The position numbers and the translations under genes are program-made. This document shows, piece by piece, positions 42,352 to 51,604 of a DNA stretch of 64,000 bases (position 1 is the stretch's first letter; every line of letters begins with the position of its first letter). Below the pieces are notes generated by a model. The model had not been told where the DNA came from and searched no databases. It saw only the letters and a list, made by a program, of their open reading frames with translations. This DNA comes from an uncultured Gammaproteobacteria bacterium (lineage in GTDB: Bacteria; Patescibacteriota; Microgenomatia; Daviesbacterales; UBA10151). Where the stretch lies: NCBI GenBank assembly GCA_964649615.1, contig CAZYPW010000004.1, positions 9,153 to 73,152 of the forward strand. Reading direction: 5' to 3'.

Positions 42352-43557
42352 TCAAATTACTTGGAAGGAGGAACCATCTCTGGAGACTCCGCACTCATTA
42401 AATACATCTACCCACCAAGAATAGTTGCCTGCTGATTTGACCAAATCCACTGGAAAAGTATACCAATTATTTGTTATTCCATTAAAATCATGCTGAGTGC
42501 CCGTTGTATCAACTAATCTAACATTATAAGTAACATTACTTGATTCATTCCAAGATACAGTTCTACTGTTGTTATTGTAGCCTAGTCCTGTAGGTATAGC
42601 TGGGGGTGTACAAGAAGGAGGGGCAGTAGATTCAGGTTGTGCAGACGGCTCTGCATTAGCTGGGGCAGTACTACCAACAGGCACACGAATTAAGGCAGCA
42701 GGATTATTTGTTTGCTCTCCTAAAGCTCGCAGGTACCTTTCAGGATCCTTTTCATAAGCTGCACAATCTGGAATATATTTCAATGTACCTTCTCCACATT
42801 TATCAGCTGGTTTACTATTACTAGTGGATGTTTGTTGAGTATTTTTTGAGGATTCAGTTTGTTTCTGGTTTTGATTTGATGATTTGCTTCTTTCCTGCTC
42901 AGATCTTTTTCTCTCCTCTTCCAATCTTTTTCTCTCCTCTTCAGCTTTCTTTCTCTCTTCCTCAGCTTTTTTCCTGGATTCTTCCAAATCTCTTAATGCC
43001 TTTTCTACTGCTTCTCTTTGCCTTTCAGCCTCATTTGGGTCTACTGTGTTTACCTGTGAAGGTGGCTGTGTTGCAGCCGGCTGTTGTTGCCCCCTATTAG
43101 AAGTATTCTGTATTGGGGTAGGTTGAACTGATGTTTGGCTCTGGTCCGAAGCTGCTGCTTTATCGCTTAATTGCTTTAAACTCTCTTTATATTTATCTAT
43201 GGAATTTTCAACCTGAGTAAAAAGTTGCTCTTTTTGGGCATGGTTTGTAATCTTTGATATATCCAAGACAGCTGCATTAGTTTGGGCTACCAGTTCGTCT
43301 AAAGTAATTACTGCTGATTTACCTTTATCAAACAAAATTTTGATCTCCTCAAATCTTTTATCAGATCTGGCAGCAGCAAACCAAGCTTTAGTAGAAGGAT
43401 TAAGGGAGGCCACATTATAGATTATATCCTCCAAAAATCTCTTAATGGGGTATGTTGCATCACCTGGCACTGCATTGTTGGAGATTAAAGCCAAAGCTGC
43501 TGGAGGAAATAAAACAATAGATAGTATCAGTACCAAGGTACTGATTATTTTGACCAT
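42352..43557 (-). CDS. secreted DUF5667-like protein with coiled coil and C-terminal FN3-like beta domain
   Basis: Signal peptide; PGDATYPIKR..E motif. Confidence 0.7.
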   Translation of the reverse strand: MVKIISTLVLILSIVLFPPAALALISNNAVPGDATYPIKRFLEDIIYNVASLNPSTKAWFAAARSDKRFEEIKILFDKGKSAVITLDELVAQTNAAVLDISKITNHAQKEQLFTQVENSIDKYKESLKQLSDKAAASDQSQTSVQPTPIQNTSNRGQQQPAATQPPSQVNTVDPNEAERQREAVEKALRDLEESRKKAEEERKKAEEERKRLEEERKRSEQERSKSSNQNQKQTESSKNTQQTSTSNSKPADKCGEGTLKYIPDCAAYEKDPERYLRALGEQTNNPAALIRVPVGSTAPANAEPSAQPESTAPPSCTPPAIPTGLGYNNNSRTVSWNESSNVTYNVRLVDTTGTQHDFNGITNNWYTFPVDLVKSAGNYSWWVDVFNECGVSRDGSSFQVI

Positions 43558-43585
43558 AATTTAACTATACCAATTTATGATCAAT

Positions 43586-44674
43586 TTATGGAAGTAGTTT
43601 TTTGATATCAGAATAAGTTATCAGTACTGCTAAAGATAATAAAAGGACAAAGCCTACAGTATGGATCAGCTTCTCCACCTCTGCTTTAACCTTTTTGCCA
43701 ATGGCAGCCTCAATTAATAAAAAAAGTAGCCTTCCTCCATCCAGAGCAGGAATTGGTAAAACATTAAAAATTGTAAGAGTTAAAGATAAAACTCCTATAA
43801 ACCAAAGGTAAGGTAAAATAGCTTGCCAGCCTGTACTTAAGATATTACTGGTAATATTAGCAATCCCAATAGGCCCTGCCACACTTTGGGAAACTGTTTG
43901 TAAGTCTCCTCTAAATAGATTGGAAAACATCTGTCCTAGACCCATAAAAGTAACTCTGGTTAGATCATAAGAATAAGTGATACCTGAAAATAATTTTTCT
44001 CCTAAAGTAAGATATTGTTTAAAAGGGATGGGAGAAAAAGCCACTCCTATTAGATAATCTCCATTGTCTGCTTGTTTGGGAGTAATTGTTAATAACCTGG
44101 GATTTTGGCCCTCAATATCTGCCAATTTAACTTCTATCTTCGCTCCCTTTTTTTCTTGAATAAATTTTTTGCCATCTGTCAAATTGATTAATTTTTGATT
44201 ATCTATTGCTAAAATTCTATCTCCAACTTTAATCCCAGCTTGTTGTGCAGGAAAATTATTCTCAACAAACCCCACAAAAATTCCAGGCTCAATTGTTGGA
44301 TAAATAATCTTAAAGTTCTGGAAGAATAAAACCACATAAAAAATAAGCCAAGCCAAAAGTAAATTCATCACTACTCCACCTATGACTACTAAAATCCTTT
44401 GGTGAACAGATTTTGCAGCAAAGGAGCGGGGATTTTTTAAAATTTTACCATCTACCTCATCTTCACCTAGAAGTTTTACAAATCCCCCATAAGGAATCCA
44501 ATTTATAGAATATAGTGTCTCGCCAATTTTTTTGCCCCAAATCCTAGGAGGTATACCGAAACCGAATTCTTCAACCTTGATACCAAACCTTTTGGCCATC
44601 AAAAAATGGCCCAATTCATGGATTACAACTAATACCAGTAGGGTAATGATAAAAATAAGTATGGATATTATCAT
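43586..44674 (-). CDS. rseP: site-2 (M50) intramembrane metalloprotease
   Basis: HELGH, PDZ, NVLPIPALDGG. Confidence 0.95.
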   Translation of the reverse strand: MIISILIFIITLLVLVVIHELGHFLMAKRFGIKVEEFGFGIPPRIWGKKIGETLYSINWIPYGGFVKLLGEDEVDGKILKNPRSFAAKSVHQRILVVIGGVVMNLLLAWLIFYVVLFFQNFKIIYPTIEPGIFVGFVENNFPAQQAGIKVGDRILAIDNQKLINLTDGKKFIQEKKGAKIEVKLADIEGQNPRLLTITPKQADNGDYLIGVAFSPIPFKQYLTLGEKLFSGITYSYDLTRVTFMGLGQMFSNLFRGDLQTVSQSVAGPIGIANITSNILSTGWQAILPYLWFIGVLSLTLTIFNVLPIPALDGGRLLFLLIEAAIGKKVKAEVEKLIHTVGFVLLLSLAVLITYSDIKKLLP

Positions 44675-44778
44675 AAGTAAAAACTCAAAAGTTAAAAGTC
44701 AAAATTACAATTAAAAAATAAAAAGTTTTCTTAGAGAAAACTACCATACTTTTGATTTTTGCATTTTGAATTTTGAAC
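44675..44778. repeat. inverted heptamer-array element with no cargo gene
   Basis: CAAAATTACAATTAAAAAATAAAAAGTTTTC matches the reverse complement of 33035-33065; TTTTGCATTTTGA arm shared. Confidence 0.8.
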
Positions 44779-45332
44779 TATATTTGTACTAACTCTTCCT
44801 CCTTAGTCTTCCCCAAACTTTCAACTTCTGCTATCTTTTTATCCACCAACTCCTGAAGCAGTTTTTCTCTTCTGAAAAATTCATCTTCACCAAATTTTCC
44901 ATCATCAGATTGTTTTTTCCACTCATTCCTAAAATCTTGCCTGATTTGCCTGATGGATACCTTAGTATCCTCCATTTTGTGCTGCAGAATTTTAATAAAT
45001 TCTTCTCTTCTCTCTGCAGTTAAAGGAGGGATAGGCAATCTGATTAGAGTTCCTTCATTAGAAGGGTTTAAACCTAAATTTGCTTCCTGAATTGCTTTAA
45101 TTACGTTTTGCAGCACTGAGGCATCCCAAACTTGAACTGTCAAAAGAGAGGGTTGCGGTACAGAGATATTTCCCACTTCAATCAGTTTCATAATACCCCC
45201 ATAAGCCTCAACTGGAATATTCTCAATCATGCCAGGATTTGCTCTGCCAGCCCTAATCCCTGCCAACTCCATTTTAAAATGATGCAAGGCATCTTCTATT
45301 TTTTTGTTTGGTTCAGACAGTACTGGATCCAT
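44778..45332 (-). CDS. frr: ribosome recycling factor
   Basis: IRAGRANP, PPLTAERR. Confidence 0.96.
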   Translation of the reverse strand: MDPVLSEPNKKIEDALHHFKMELAGIRAGRANPGMIENIPVEAYGGIMKLIEVGNISVPQPSLLTVQVWDASVLQNVIKAIQEANLGLNPSNEGTLIRLPIPPLTAERREEFIKILQHKMEDTKVSIRQIRQDFRNEWKKQSDDGKFGEDEFFRREKLLQELVDKKIAEVESLGKTKEEELVQI

Positions 45333-45339
45333 GTTTATT

Positions 45340-45461
45340 AAATTCTAAATACTAATATCGAAATTCGAAACAAATTCTAATATTCAAAATTCAAAAGTTT
45401 TAAACATTTGAAAATTAGAATTTTGATATTGTTTCGTATTTAGGATTTCGTGCTTCGAGTT
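45340..45461. repeat. inverted heptamer-array element between tsf and frr
   Basis: CGAAACAAATTCTAATATTCAAA arm vs TTTGAAAATTAGAATTTTGATATTGTTTCG arm, ~7-nt periodicity. Confidence 0.75.
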
Positions 45462-45910
45462 TACTCTCCTAAAGATATTCGCTCAAACCTGCTAACCTGA
45501 ATATTTTCTCCCAATTTTCCCATAACTGATTTTATCAACTGGTCAACAGTCAAAGTATTATCTCTAATATACTCTTGTTTAAGTAACTGCTCTACAGATG
45601 AAGGATTCATAGAGGCAATTTGTAAAGAGAGTTCATGGGCTAAATTTTTAAAATCATCAGTTCTAGCCACAAAATCTGTTTCACAAAGCAGTTCAACTAA
45701 AACTCCAACTTTTCCAGAGTGGGAATAAACATCAACAATACCTGCTTTAGTTTCCCTGCCGCCTTTTTTAGCTCCCTTTTCAAATCCTTTTTGTTTTAGG
45801 TACTCTTTGGCTTTTTCAATATTGCCCTTAGAAGAGCTCAGGGCCTCTTTACAGTCAGCAATCCCAGCCCCTGTTTGTTCCCTTAACTTTTTAATTAAAT
45901 CTAAATTCAT
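45461..45910 (-). CDS. tsf: elongation factor Ts (short form)
   Basis: IKKLREQTGAG, CETDFVA, GENIQVSRF. Confidence 0.96.
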   Translation of the reverse strand: MNLDLIKKLREQTGAGIADCKEALSSSKGNIEKAKEYLKQKGFEKGAKKGGRETKAGIVDVYSHSGKVGVLVELLCETDFVARTDDFKNLAHELSLQIASMNPSSVEQLLKQEYIRDNTLTVDQLIKSVMGKLGENIQVSRFERISLGE

Positions 45911-46752
45911 ACTATTTTTTCTGATTCTTTAACTGCTGCTTTTTCTACTTGTTCTTCTGCTGCTGCAACTTCCATTTTTATCTCTTCAGGCAATTCTTCA
46001 TCAGCAGCTTTTTTCTCATCAGATAACCTTTTTTGCTCTGCCTTTTCAGCAATTTTTCCCGCCTCTTTTTTACCTTCTGAATATGCTTCTATTAAACATT
46101 CTACTAAAATTTTAATAGATTTGATGGCATCATCATTGCCTGTTACAAAATGATCTAATCTGGTGGGATCTGCATTTGAATCAGCTATGGCAAAGACTTT
46201 AATGCCCAGCCTGCCTGCTTCTTTGGTAGCAATTTCATCTGTAACAGCATCTGCTACAAAAACCCCTCCAGGCAGAACTTCCATATTCAAACAGCCTTTA
46301 TAAACTTGTTCTAATTTTTCTATTTTCCTGCTTATTAAAAGCTGTTCTTTTTTGGTATATTTTTTTAGTTGCCCTTTTTCTTTTTGCTCTTTTAATTCCT
46401 TTAATTTTTTAATATTTTTGAATACTTCATCAAAATTAGTCAAAAATCCTCCAACCCATCTCTCTGTTAAATATGGTGCTCCTGCTTTTTGGGCTGCTTC
46501 TTCAATAATAGCTCTGGCTTGTTTTTTAGTTCCTACTAACAACAAAGTTTTACCCTCTTTGCCAAAATTATATAAAGCCTCTGCAGTTTCTTTAAGCAGT
46601 TTTTCTGTTTTAGTTAAATCAATAATATGGACCCCATCTTTAGCTCCATAGATATATGGTTTCATCCTGGGGTGACCACGCCTAACCTGATGTCCAAAAT
46701 GAACACCAGCCACAAGTAGTTCCTGTAATGTTGGTAATTTATACGCTGACAT
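45907..46752 (-). CDS. rpsB: 30S ribosomal protein uS2
   Basis: GVHFGH, RWVGGFLTN, DSNADP, GNDDAIKS. Confidence 0.97.
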   Translation of the reverse strand: MSAYKLPTLQELLVAGVHFGHQVRRGHPRMKPYIYGAKDGVHIIDLTKTEKLLKETAEALYNFGKEGKTLLLVGTKKQARAIIEEAAQKAGAPYLTERWVGGFLTNFDEVFKNIKKLKELKEQKEKGQLKKYTKKEQLLISRKIEKLEQVYKGCLNMEVLPGGVFVADAVTDEIATKEAGRLGIKVFAIADSNADPTRLDHFVTGNDDAIKSIKILVECLIEAYSEGKKEAGKIAEKAEQKRLSDEKKAADEELPEEIKMEVAAAEEQVEKAAVKESEKIV

Positions 46753-46806
46753 TGTCTCTTCTCCTCCTCATGGCTATGGATTCAGAGACAAAACCATGAG
46801 TGTGTA
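46752..46806 (-). promoter_or_regulatory. rpsB 5' leader, probable S2 autoregulatory structure
   Basis: CUCAUGG/CCAUGAG stem; loop UUGUCUCU complementary to AGAGACAA at the start codon; GAGGAGG SD. Confidence 0.55.
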
Positions 46807-46884
46807 ATAAAAGATATTCTAACAAATTCATCAAGATAAAACAATAGGCACAAATATACACTTGGGGGTGTATCACGTTGACAC

Positions 46885-47361
46885 CTAGGGTTTTTCTAAA
46901 TCTAGAAATTTATATTTCAACCCATTATATTCATGACTTTCTTCGAAAACCACTTTTTTAAAGTTTGAGTAATCCGGGAAAAAAACATCTGCATCAGGAT
47001 TATCTTCAATTACTGTTAAGTAAAGCTTATTTGCTATCCCAATTGCCTGTTTATAAATTTCTCCACCTCCAATAATAAATACTTCTTCTTCATTTTGCAC
47101 CAGGCCTAAGGCTTCTTCTAAAGAATGGGTAACTGAAACTCCTTCTGCAAAATAATCTTCATCGCGGGTGATAACAATATTTCTTCTATTAGGCAGTGGT
47201 ACCCCAATTGATTCAAAAGTTTTCCTACCCATGATAATTGGGTGCCCAGAAGTTATTTCTTTAAATCTTTTTAAATCTTGCGGGATATGATAAATCAACC
47301 TATTATTTTTACCTATTGCCCTATTTTCTGATGCTATTGCTGCAATCATGGAAATTCGCAT
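46885..47361 (-). CDS. folA: dihydrofolate reductase
   Basis: IGKNN, DLKRFK, MGRKTFESI, IIGGGEIY. Confidence 0.96.
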   Translation of the reverse strand: MRISMIAAIASENRAIGKNNRLIYHIPQDLKRFKEITSGHPIIMGRKTFESIGVPLPNRRNIVITRDEDYFAEGVSVTHSLEEALGLVQNEEEVFIIGGGEIYKQAIGIANKLYLTVIEDNPDADVFFPDYSNFKKVVFEESHEYNGLKYKFLDLEKP

Positions 47362-47365
47362 AGTA

Positions 47366-48379
47366 CTATCCTGACATTTTACCAGTTTTCGGATCATAAA
47401 GCCCACCGGCAACAGTTAACTCTGCTTTAAGCATTGGATAAGGATCATAACCCTCAAGCTCTACCATTTCCGGTTTAAAATCATCAATAGATTTTAATTT
47501 TCCATTTATTTTTATCTTAGGAAATGGACGGGGCTTTCTTTTTAATTGCTCTTTTACTTGCGGAATATGATTTTCATAAATATGCGCATCTCCAAAAGTA
47601 TGGATAAATTCTCCTGGTTTAAGTCCGGCAATCTTTGCCAAAACTATTGTAAGTAATGCGTAGCTTGCAATATTGAAAGGCACCCCCAAAAATAAATCAG
47701 AAGAGCGTTGATATAATTGCAGAGATAATTTTCCATTCCTGTTTGAAATTTGAAACATATTATGACAAATTGGAAATCTTGATGCATCTTCATTTGTAGC
47801 CATGGTATATAAATATTCCGGATTCCAGGAATTTACAATTAAGTTTTTTGCATCCGGGTCATCTTTCATCTCCTGTAATATCCACTTAAGTTGATCTATA
47901 GTTCGACCCTTTTTTCTGGCCTGCCCTGAGCTTGTCGAATGGGTTGGCCATTTTCTCCACATCTCTCCATAAATTCTTGGTAATTCCCCGTGCTCTTTAG
48001 CAAACTTTTTATCTGTTTTTATTTTCTCTATAAATTCTTCCTTACTTTTGACTTTTGACTTTTGACTTTTGACTTTGTATATCTTATACGGATAATCATC
48101 CCAAATATGCACATTTTGATCTACCAAATATTTAATATTGGTCTGTCCTGACATAAACCAATAGAGCTCATGTATTACTCCTTTCCAGTAAACTTTTTTG
48201 GTAGTTAAAAGCGGGAATCCGCCAGCTGGCGGACTTTGGGACAAATCATATCTTGTTTGCCTGCCAAAAAGAGAGTACAGCACAATCCCTGTTCCCCGAT
48301 CCACTTTCCTTTCTCCATGTTCCAAGGCTTCCTTTAATAAATCTAAGTATTGATATTCAGGATGTTTCTGCTTTACCAT
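47366..48379 (-). CDS. thyA: thymidylate synthase
   Basis: DRGTG, FPLLTTK, PICH, YQRSSDLFLGVPFN, HIYENH. Confidence 0.97.
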   Translation of the reverse strand: MVKQKHPEYQYLDLLKEALEHGERKVDRGTGIVLYSLFGRQTRYDLSQSPPAGGFPLLTTKKVYWKGVIHELYWFMSGQTNIKYLVDQNVHIWDDYPYKIYKVKSQKSKVKSKEEFIEKIKTDKKFAKEHGELPRIYGEMWRKWPTHSTSSGQARKKGRTIDQLKWILQEMKDDPDAKNLIVNSWNPEYLYTMATNEDASRFPICHNMFQISNRNGKLSLQLYQRSSDLFLGVPFNIASYALLTIVLAKIAGLKPGEFIHTFGDAHIYENHIPQVKEQLKRKPRPFPKIKINGKLKSIDDFKPEMVELEGYDPYPMLKAELTVAGGLYDPKTGKMSG

Positions 48380-48399
48380 TTTTTAATTTCTAATAAAAA

Positions 48400-48541
48400 C
48401 AGCGAAGTCTGAGTCATAAAAGCAATCTGAAGATTTTGTGTGTAAGTTGCTAGTCACAAAATCTTCACATAGTGAAACTAGAGTATAACTTTAATGATTA
48501 ATAATTTCTAGTCGAACGGTGCTTTTTGACCAGATGAGCTG
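48400..48541 (+). other. structured three-way-junction element, copy A
   Basis: Outer stem 48400-48424/48520-48541; perfect 13-bp inner stem 48428-48440/48455-48467. Confidence 0.65.
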
Positions 48542-48545
48542 ATTT

Positions 48546-49109
48546 CTACACTTGTCTTTCTACTTTCTTCGGGCTGACTCTACCTCCCTGGTGTTGCCCC
48601 CTATACTTTATAGTTTTTCCTTCTATCTTATGAAAAATTATATTACAAATTCTGGCACCCAGCTGTAACTTTACGGGAAAAGGAGAAAGATTTGTGAGTC
48701 CCATCGTAAGCTTACCCACATATCCCGGATCTGTTTTGCTATTAAGCAGCAAAAGCCCTGATCTAAAAAGGGAAGTTCGCGGGTGAAGTATTGGCATTAA
48801 ATCTTCCGGTGTATTTATCTCCTCATATGTTTGCACCAGATAATATTCTCCAGGCTTTATTGTTACCTCCAAAACCTTCCCTTCCACAAACTCTGCAACT
48901 AATTTTGTTTCCACTCCCTTCCTGTTACCTAAAACCTGTCCACTGTCCACTTCTATAAAAGCCCCGCCTTTTATGATTTTATGCACAGAACCTAACCTTA
49001 AATCCACCCCCACACCCTCTGGATAATTTAGTTCTCTTTTACCCAGGTTTTTTATTAACCCATACTTTTTTATTCTTTTGTGGATTTGATTAATTCCAAG
49101 TACAGACAT
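48546..49109 (-). CDS. trimeric dUTPase / dCTP deaminase-like protein
   Basis: VDLRLG, PRTSLFRSG, DPGYVG, YRGQHQG; lacks the deaminase Glu after DPG..G. Confidence 0.8.
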   Translation of the reverse strand: MSVLGINQIHKRIKKYGLIKNLGKRELNYPEGVGVDLRLGSVHKIIKGGAFIEVDSGQVLGNRKGVETKLVAEFVEGKVLEVTIKPGEYYLVQTYEEINTPEDLMPILHPRTSLFRSGLLLLNSKTDPGYVGKLTMGLTNLSPFPVKLQLGARICNIIFHKIEGKTIKYRGQHQGGRVSPKKVERQV

Positions 49110-49125
49110 AGTAAATTTATAAGGA

Positions 49126-49262
49126 GGCGAAGTCACGAGTTAGAAAAAATGTTGAGGATTTTGTGCAGAGTGACTTAATGATTATGAATCGCTAAACCAC
49201 AAAATTCTCACCAAGCGAGCAAGTCTCTACCGTGCGAGCGATTTTTTCAACCGTGACGAGCC
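49126..49262 (+). other. structured three-way-junction element, copy B
   Basis: Outer stem 49126-49150/49241-49262; inner stem 49153-49165/49198-49210; covaries with copy A. Confidence 0.65.
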
Positions 49263-49892
49263 GACTTTCTTTCTTCCCATTATATTTGAAACCTCTGGCA
49301 AATCTGAACCACCATACCTGTTATTAGGAGAATTTTTATATGATCTTGAAACAGGAGCAGACAGCTTTTCAAAAGAAAAAGCACAAATTGGAGCCCCTTC
49401 ATAAATAACCACTCTTTTGCCTTTTAAAAATGTGCCGAATTCCAAAACCGGATGTCCATCCCAACCTGGATCAAACCTGGCTGCAGTGGAATGTACCACC
49501 ACTCCCAGTCTGGCCAAAGAGGATTTTCCATGCAGGTGTCCCACAATATTATCTGGTAAAGTTAATTTTTCTTTAGTGGTAGCAATCACAAAATCTTTAT
49601 CAGATAGAACAAAAGGCTGGCCCGGCTTAAGTTCTATAAATTTCATCATAGATTCCATCTCTTCTTTGCTGGTGTGTTTGGTATCAATAATATCCCAACC
49701 ATCACCGGTAAAAACCCGCAGTTTATTCCCTAAATGAAAATCTATGGTCACCTCATCAACGGAATCCTCCCAATCCTTTGGCAAAGGATTAATTTTGATA
49801 ATCCCTTTCTTGATATGTTCTCTAATTGCCCAATCAGGCAGGGTCCCTACCATATTTGGATCAGAGATTTTCTTGCGTGTCTTCTTTGGCAT
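49227..49892 (-). CDS. dcd: dCTP deaminase
   Basis: GKSSLARLG, HSTA, DPGWDG..LE. Confidence 0.9.
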   Translation of the reverse strand: MPKKTRKKISDPNMVGTLPDWAIREHIKKGIIKINPLPKDWEDSVDEVTIDFHLGNKLRVFTGDGWDIIDTKHTSKEEMESMMKFIELKPGQPFVLSDKDFVIATTKEKLTLPDNIVGHLHGKSSLARLGVVVHSTAARFDPGWDGHPVLEFGTFLKGKRVVIYEGAPICAFSFEKLSAPVSRSYKNSPNNRYGGSDLPEVSNIMGRKKVGSSRLKKSLAR

Positions 49893-49935
49893 CTTAATAG
49901 TGACAATTTAAACTCTTAAGCTGTATAATGTCAAT

Positions 49936-50103
49936 ATGAAAAAGACAGCTCAACAGATTCAAGATAGTATTTTTAGAAAAATGTCAGCGGATAAAAAAAT
50001 CAAATTTGGTTCAAGTATGTGGAGGTTTGCCAAACAGTTAGCTGGTGATAAAATAGACTTTAGAATCAATGGATCCACATCATCTACTGGTAAAAATAGT
50101 TAA
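49936..50103 (+). CDS. 55-aa putative antitoxin/partner of the nucleotidyltransferase
   Basis: Below ORF-track cutoff: MKKTAQQIQDSIFRKMSADKKIKFG...; TATAAT 6 nt upstream; overlaps next gene. Confidence 0.7.
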   Translation: MKKTAQQIQDSIFRKMSADKKIKFGSSMWRFAKQLAGDKIDFRINGSTSSTGKNS

Positions 50104-50626
50104 AATTTTAAACTCCTTAAAAATTCCATACCTTGTAACTGGAGGTGTCGCAATTTATGTCTGGGGTAGACCACGGTTTACAGCAGATATAGATTTGGTA
50201 GTAGAATTACAGGAAAAAGATGTCAAAAAATTGGTTCAGACTCTGATTAAGGAAGGTTACGTAGATGAAGATGCGGTAAGGGAAGCTATCACCAATCAAG
50301 GCGAATTCAACTTTATTGATCAGGAAGAAGGCATTAAGGTTGATTTTTGGATACTAAAAAAAGATGAGTTTGATAAATCTAAATTTAAAAGAAGAATAGC
50401 TAAAAAGGTATTAAATCAAAATATTTATTTTATCTCACCTGAAGACTTAATTTTAGTAAAACTTTTATGGTTTAAGGAAAGCCGGTCATTCAGACACTTG
50501 GAAGATATTCTGTCAATCTTGCAAATGCTCGGGAAAAAAGTTAACTTTGGTTATTTAAGAGAGTGGGCCAAAAAACAAAATACCCTGGGAGTTTTAGAAG
50601 AACAAATTGCTCTGGTATCAAGATAA
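50069..50626 (+). CDS. nucleotidyltransferase (AbiEii/DUF6036-like)
   Basis: GGVA...RFTADID, SPEDLILVKL, RHLED. Confidence 0.8.
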   Translation: MDPHHLLVKIVKILNSLKIPYLVTGGVAIYVWGRPRFTADIDLVVELQEKDVKKLVQTLIKEGYVDEDAVREAITNQGEFNFIDQEEGIKVDFWILKKDEFDKSKFKRRIAKKVLNQNIYFISPEDLILVKLLWFKESRSFRHLEDILSILQMLGKKVNFGYLREWAKKQNTLGVLEEQIALVSR

Positions 50627-50663
50627 CAATTTAACCCTTAAAGGCTTTTTTCAAGTAGGAATT

Positions 50664-51533
50664 TTATTTTTCAATACTGCCCCGAATCCAAGTTCCTGGA
50701 TGTTTAGGGTTAAAAGTGTTTCTTACATTAACTGGAATCCTTTTATCCCATACCGGTCCCAATGCTAGATAATGAAATACTTTAGCGCCGGACATACCAA
50801 GCTCAGCCATTTCTTCGTAAAGAAGATAGGGTATAGTTGCAGCCTGTGGAACTATATTCGGATCTGCTGTTAAAACACCATTTGTGTCTGTCCAATTTTC
50901 ATATACTACTGCATTTAATCCACCTGCTAAATATGCCCCTGTAATATCTGACCCGCCTCTGGGAAAAGTTCTAATTCTACTTTTACTATCTTGACCATAA
51001 TATCCTGGAACTACAAATCTTTCGACACCTCGCAACCTTTGGGATATCAATCTGTAAGATTCTTCTTGATTAAACACCCCGTCTTCATGAAATTTTATTA
51101 TTTCTGCAGCATCAACAAATTCTACTTCTAAGTATCTTGCTAAAATTCTTCCAGAAAGCCATTCGCCACGAGATGCAGCCCAAGCCACTGTTAAATCTTC
51201 ATTTTCTTTTTTGACCATCAATCCATTTTTTATTGCTTCTAAATCATCGTCTATGCAGATCTCTAATTCATCCGCTATACTTAAAAAACGTTTCTCAATA
51301 AAATCAAAAGTGCCTCTGAAAGATTCACCCCTAAAAGATAATTCCCCACAATTTATTAATAGATCAGTCGTCTTTACAGAATCTTTTTTATCCTTTTCTT
51401 TTCCAGGAGCGGAGGGAACTATAATCCTGCGTCTACAATCTTTATTTATGATATTTCCCACAGCAATAAATCCTCCAGCGTTTGCTAAAGAACTACCTCC
51501 GTATTTTGCTATTATATCTTTTTCTATATTCAT
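50664..51533 (-). CDS. lysC: aspartate kinase, kinase domain only (no ACT domains)
   Basis: KYGGSSLA, VPSAPGK, RGGSDITG, ENWTD, ADP, GAKVFH; likely start ATG 51533. Confidence 0.9.
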   Translation of the reverse strand: MNIEKDIIAKYGGSSLANAGGFIAVGNIINKDCRRRIIVPSAPGKEKDKKDSVKTTDLLINCGELSFRGESFRGTFDFIEKRFLSIADELEICIDDDLEAIKNGLMVKKENEDLTVAWAASRGEWLSGRILARYLEVEFVDAAEIIKFHEDGVFNQEESYRLISQRLRGVERFVVPGYYGQDSKSRIRTFPRGGSDITGAYLAGGLNAVVYENWTDTNGVLTADPNIVPQAATIPYLLYEEMAELGMSGAKVFHYLALGPVWDKRIPVNVRNTFNPKHPGTWIRGSIEK

Positions 51534-51546
51534 AGATTTTTCGCCA

Positions 51547-51570
51547 CAAAAAAACCTCCCTGGTGGGAGG
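51547..51570 (-). terminator. attenuator terminator
   Basis: CCUCCC-ACCA-GGGAGG followed by U7, just upstream of lysC. Confidence 0.85.
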
Positions 51571-51604
51571 CTTCGTAACTGTCTTTTATTTGACAATTTT
51601 TACA

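Noticed and set aside
42890-43000. 21-bp periodic repeat
   Set aside because: Encodes the EEERKKA coiled coil; explained at protein level
47366-48379. Intron or intein in thyA
   Set aside because: Inserts are only ~15-30 bp and lack splicing motifs
48400-48541. Hammerhead ribozyme
   Set aside because: Has CAGAUGA and GAAG rather than CUGANGA and GAAA, and these pair directly with each other
51534-51596. N-terminal extension of lysC in the ORF track, or a lysine riboswitch
   Set aside because: The extension is the attenuator terminator; the region is too short for an L-box and is explained by the leader peptide
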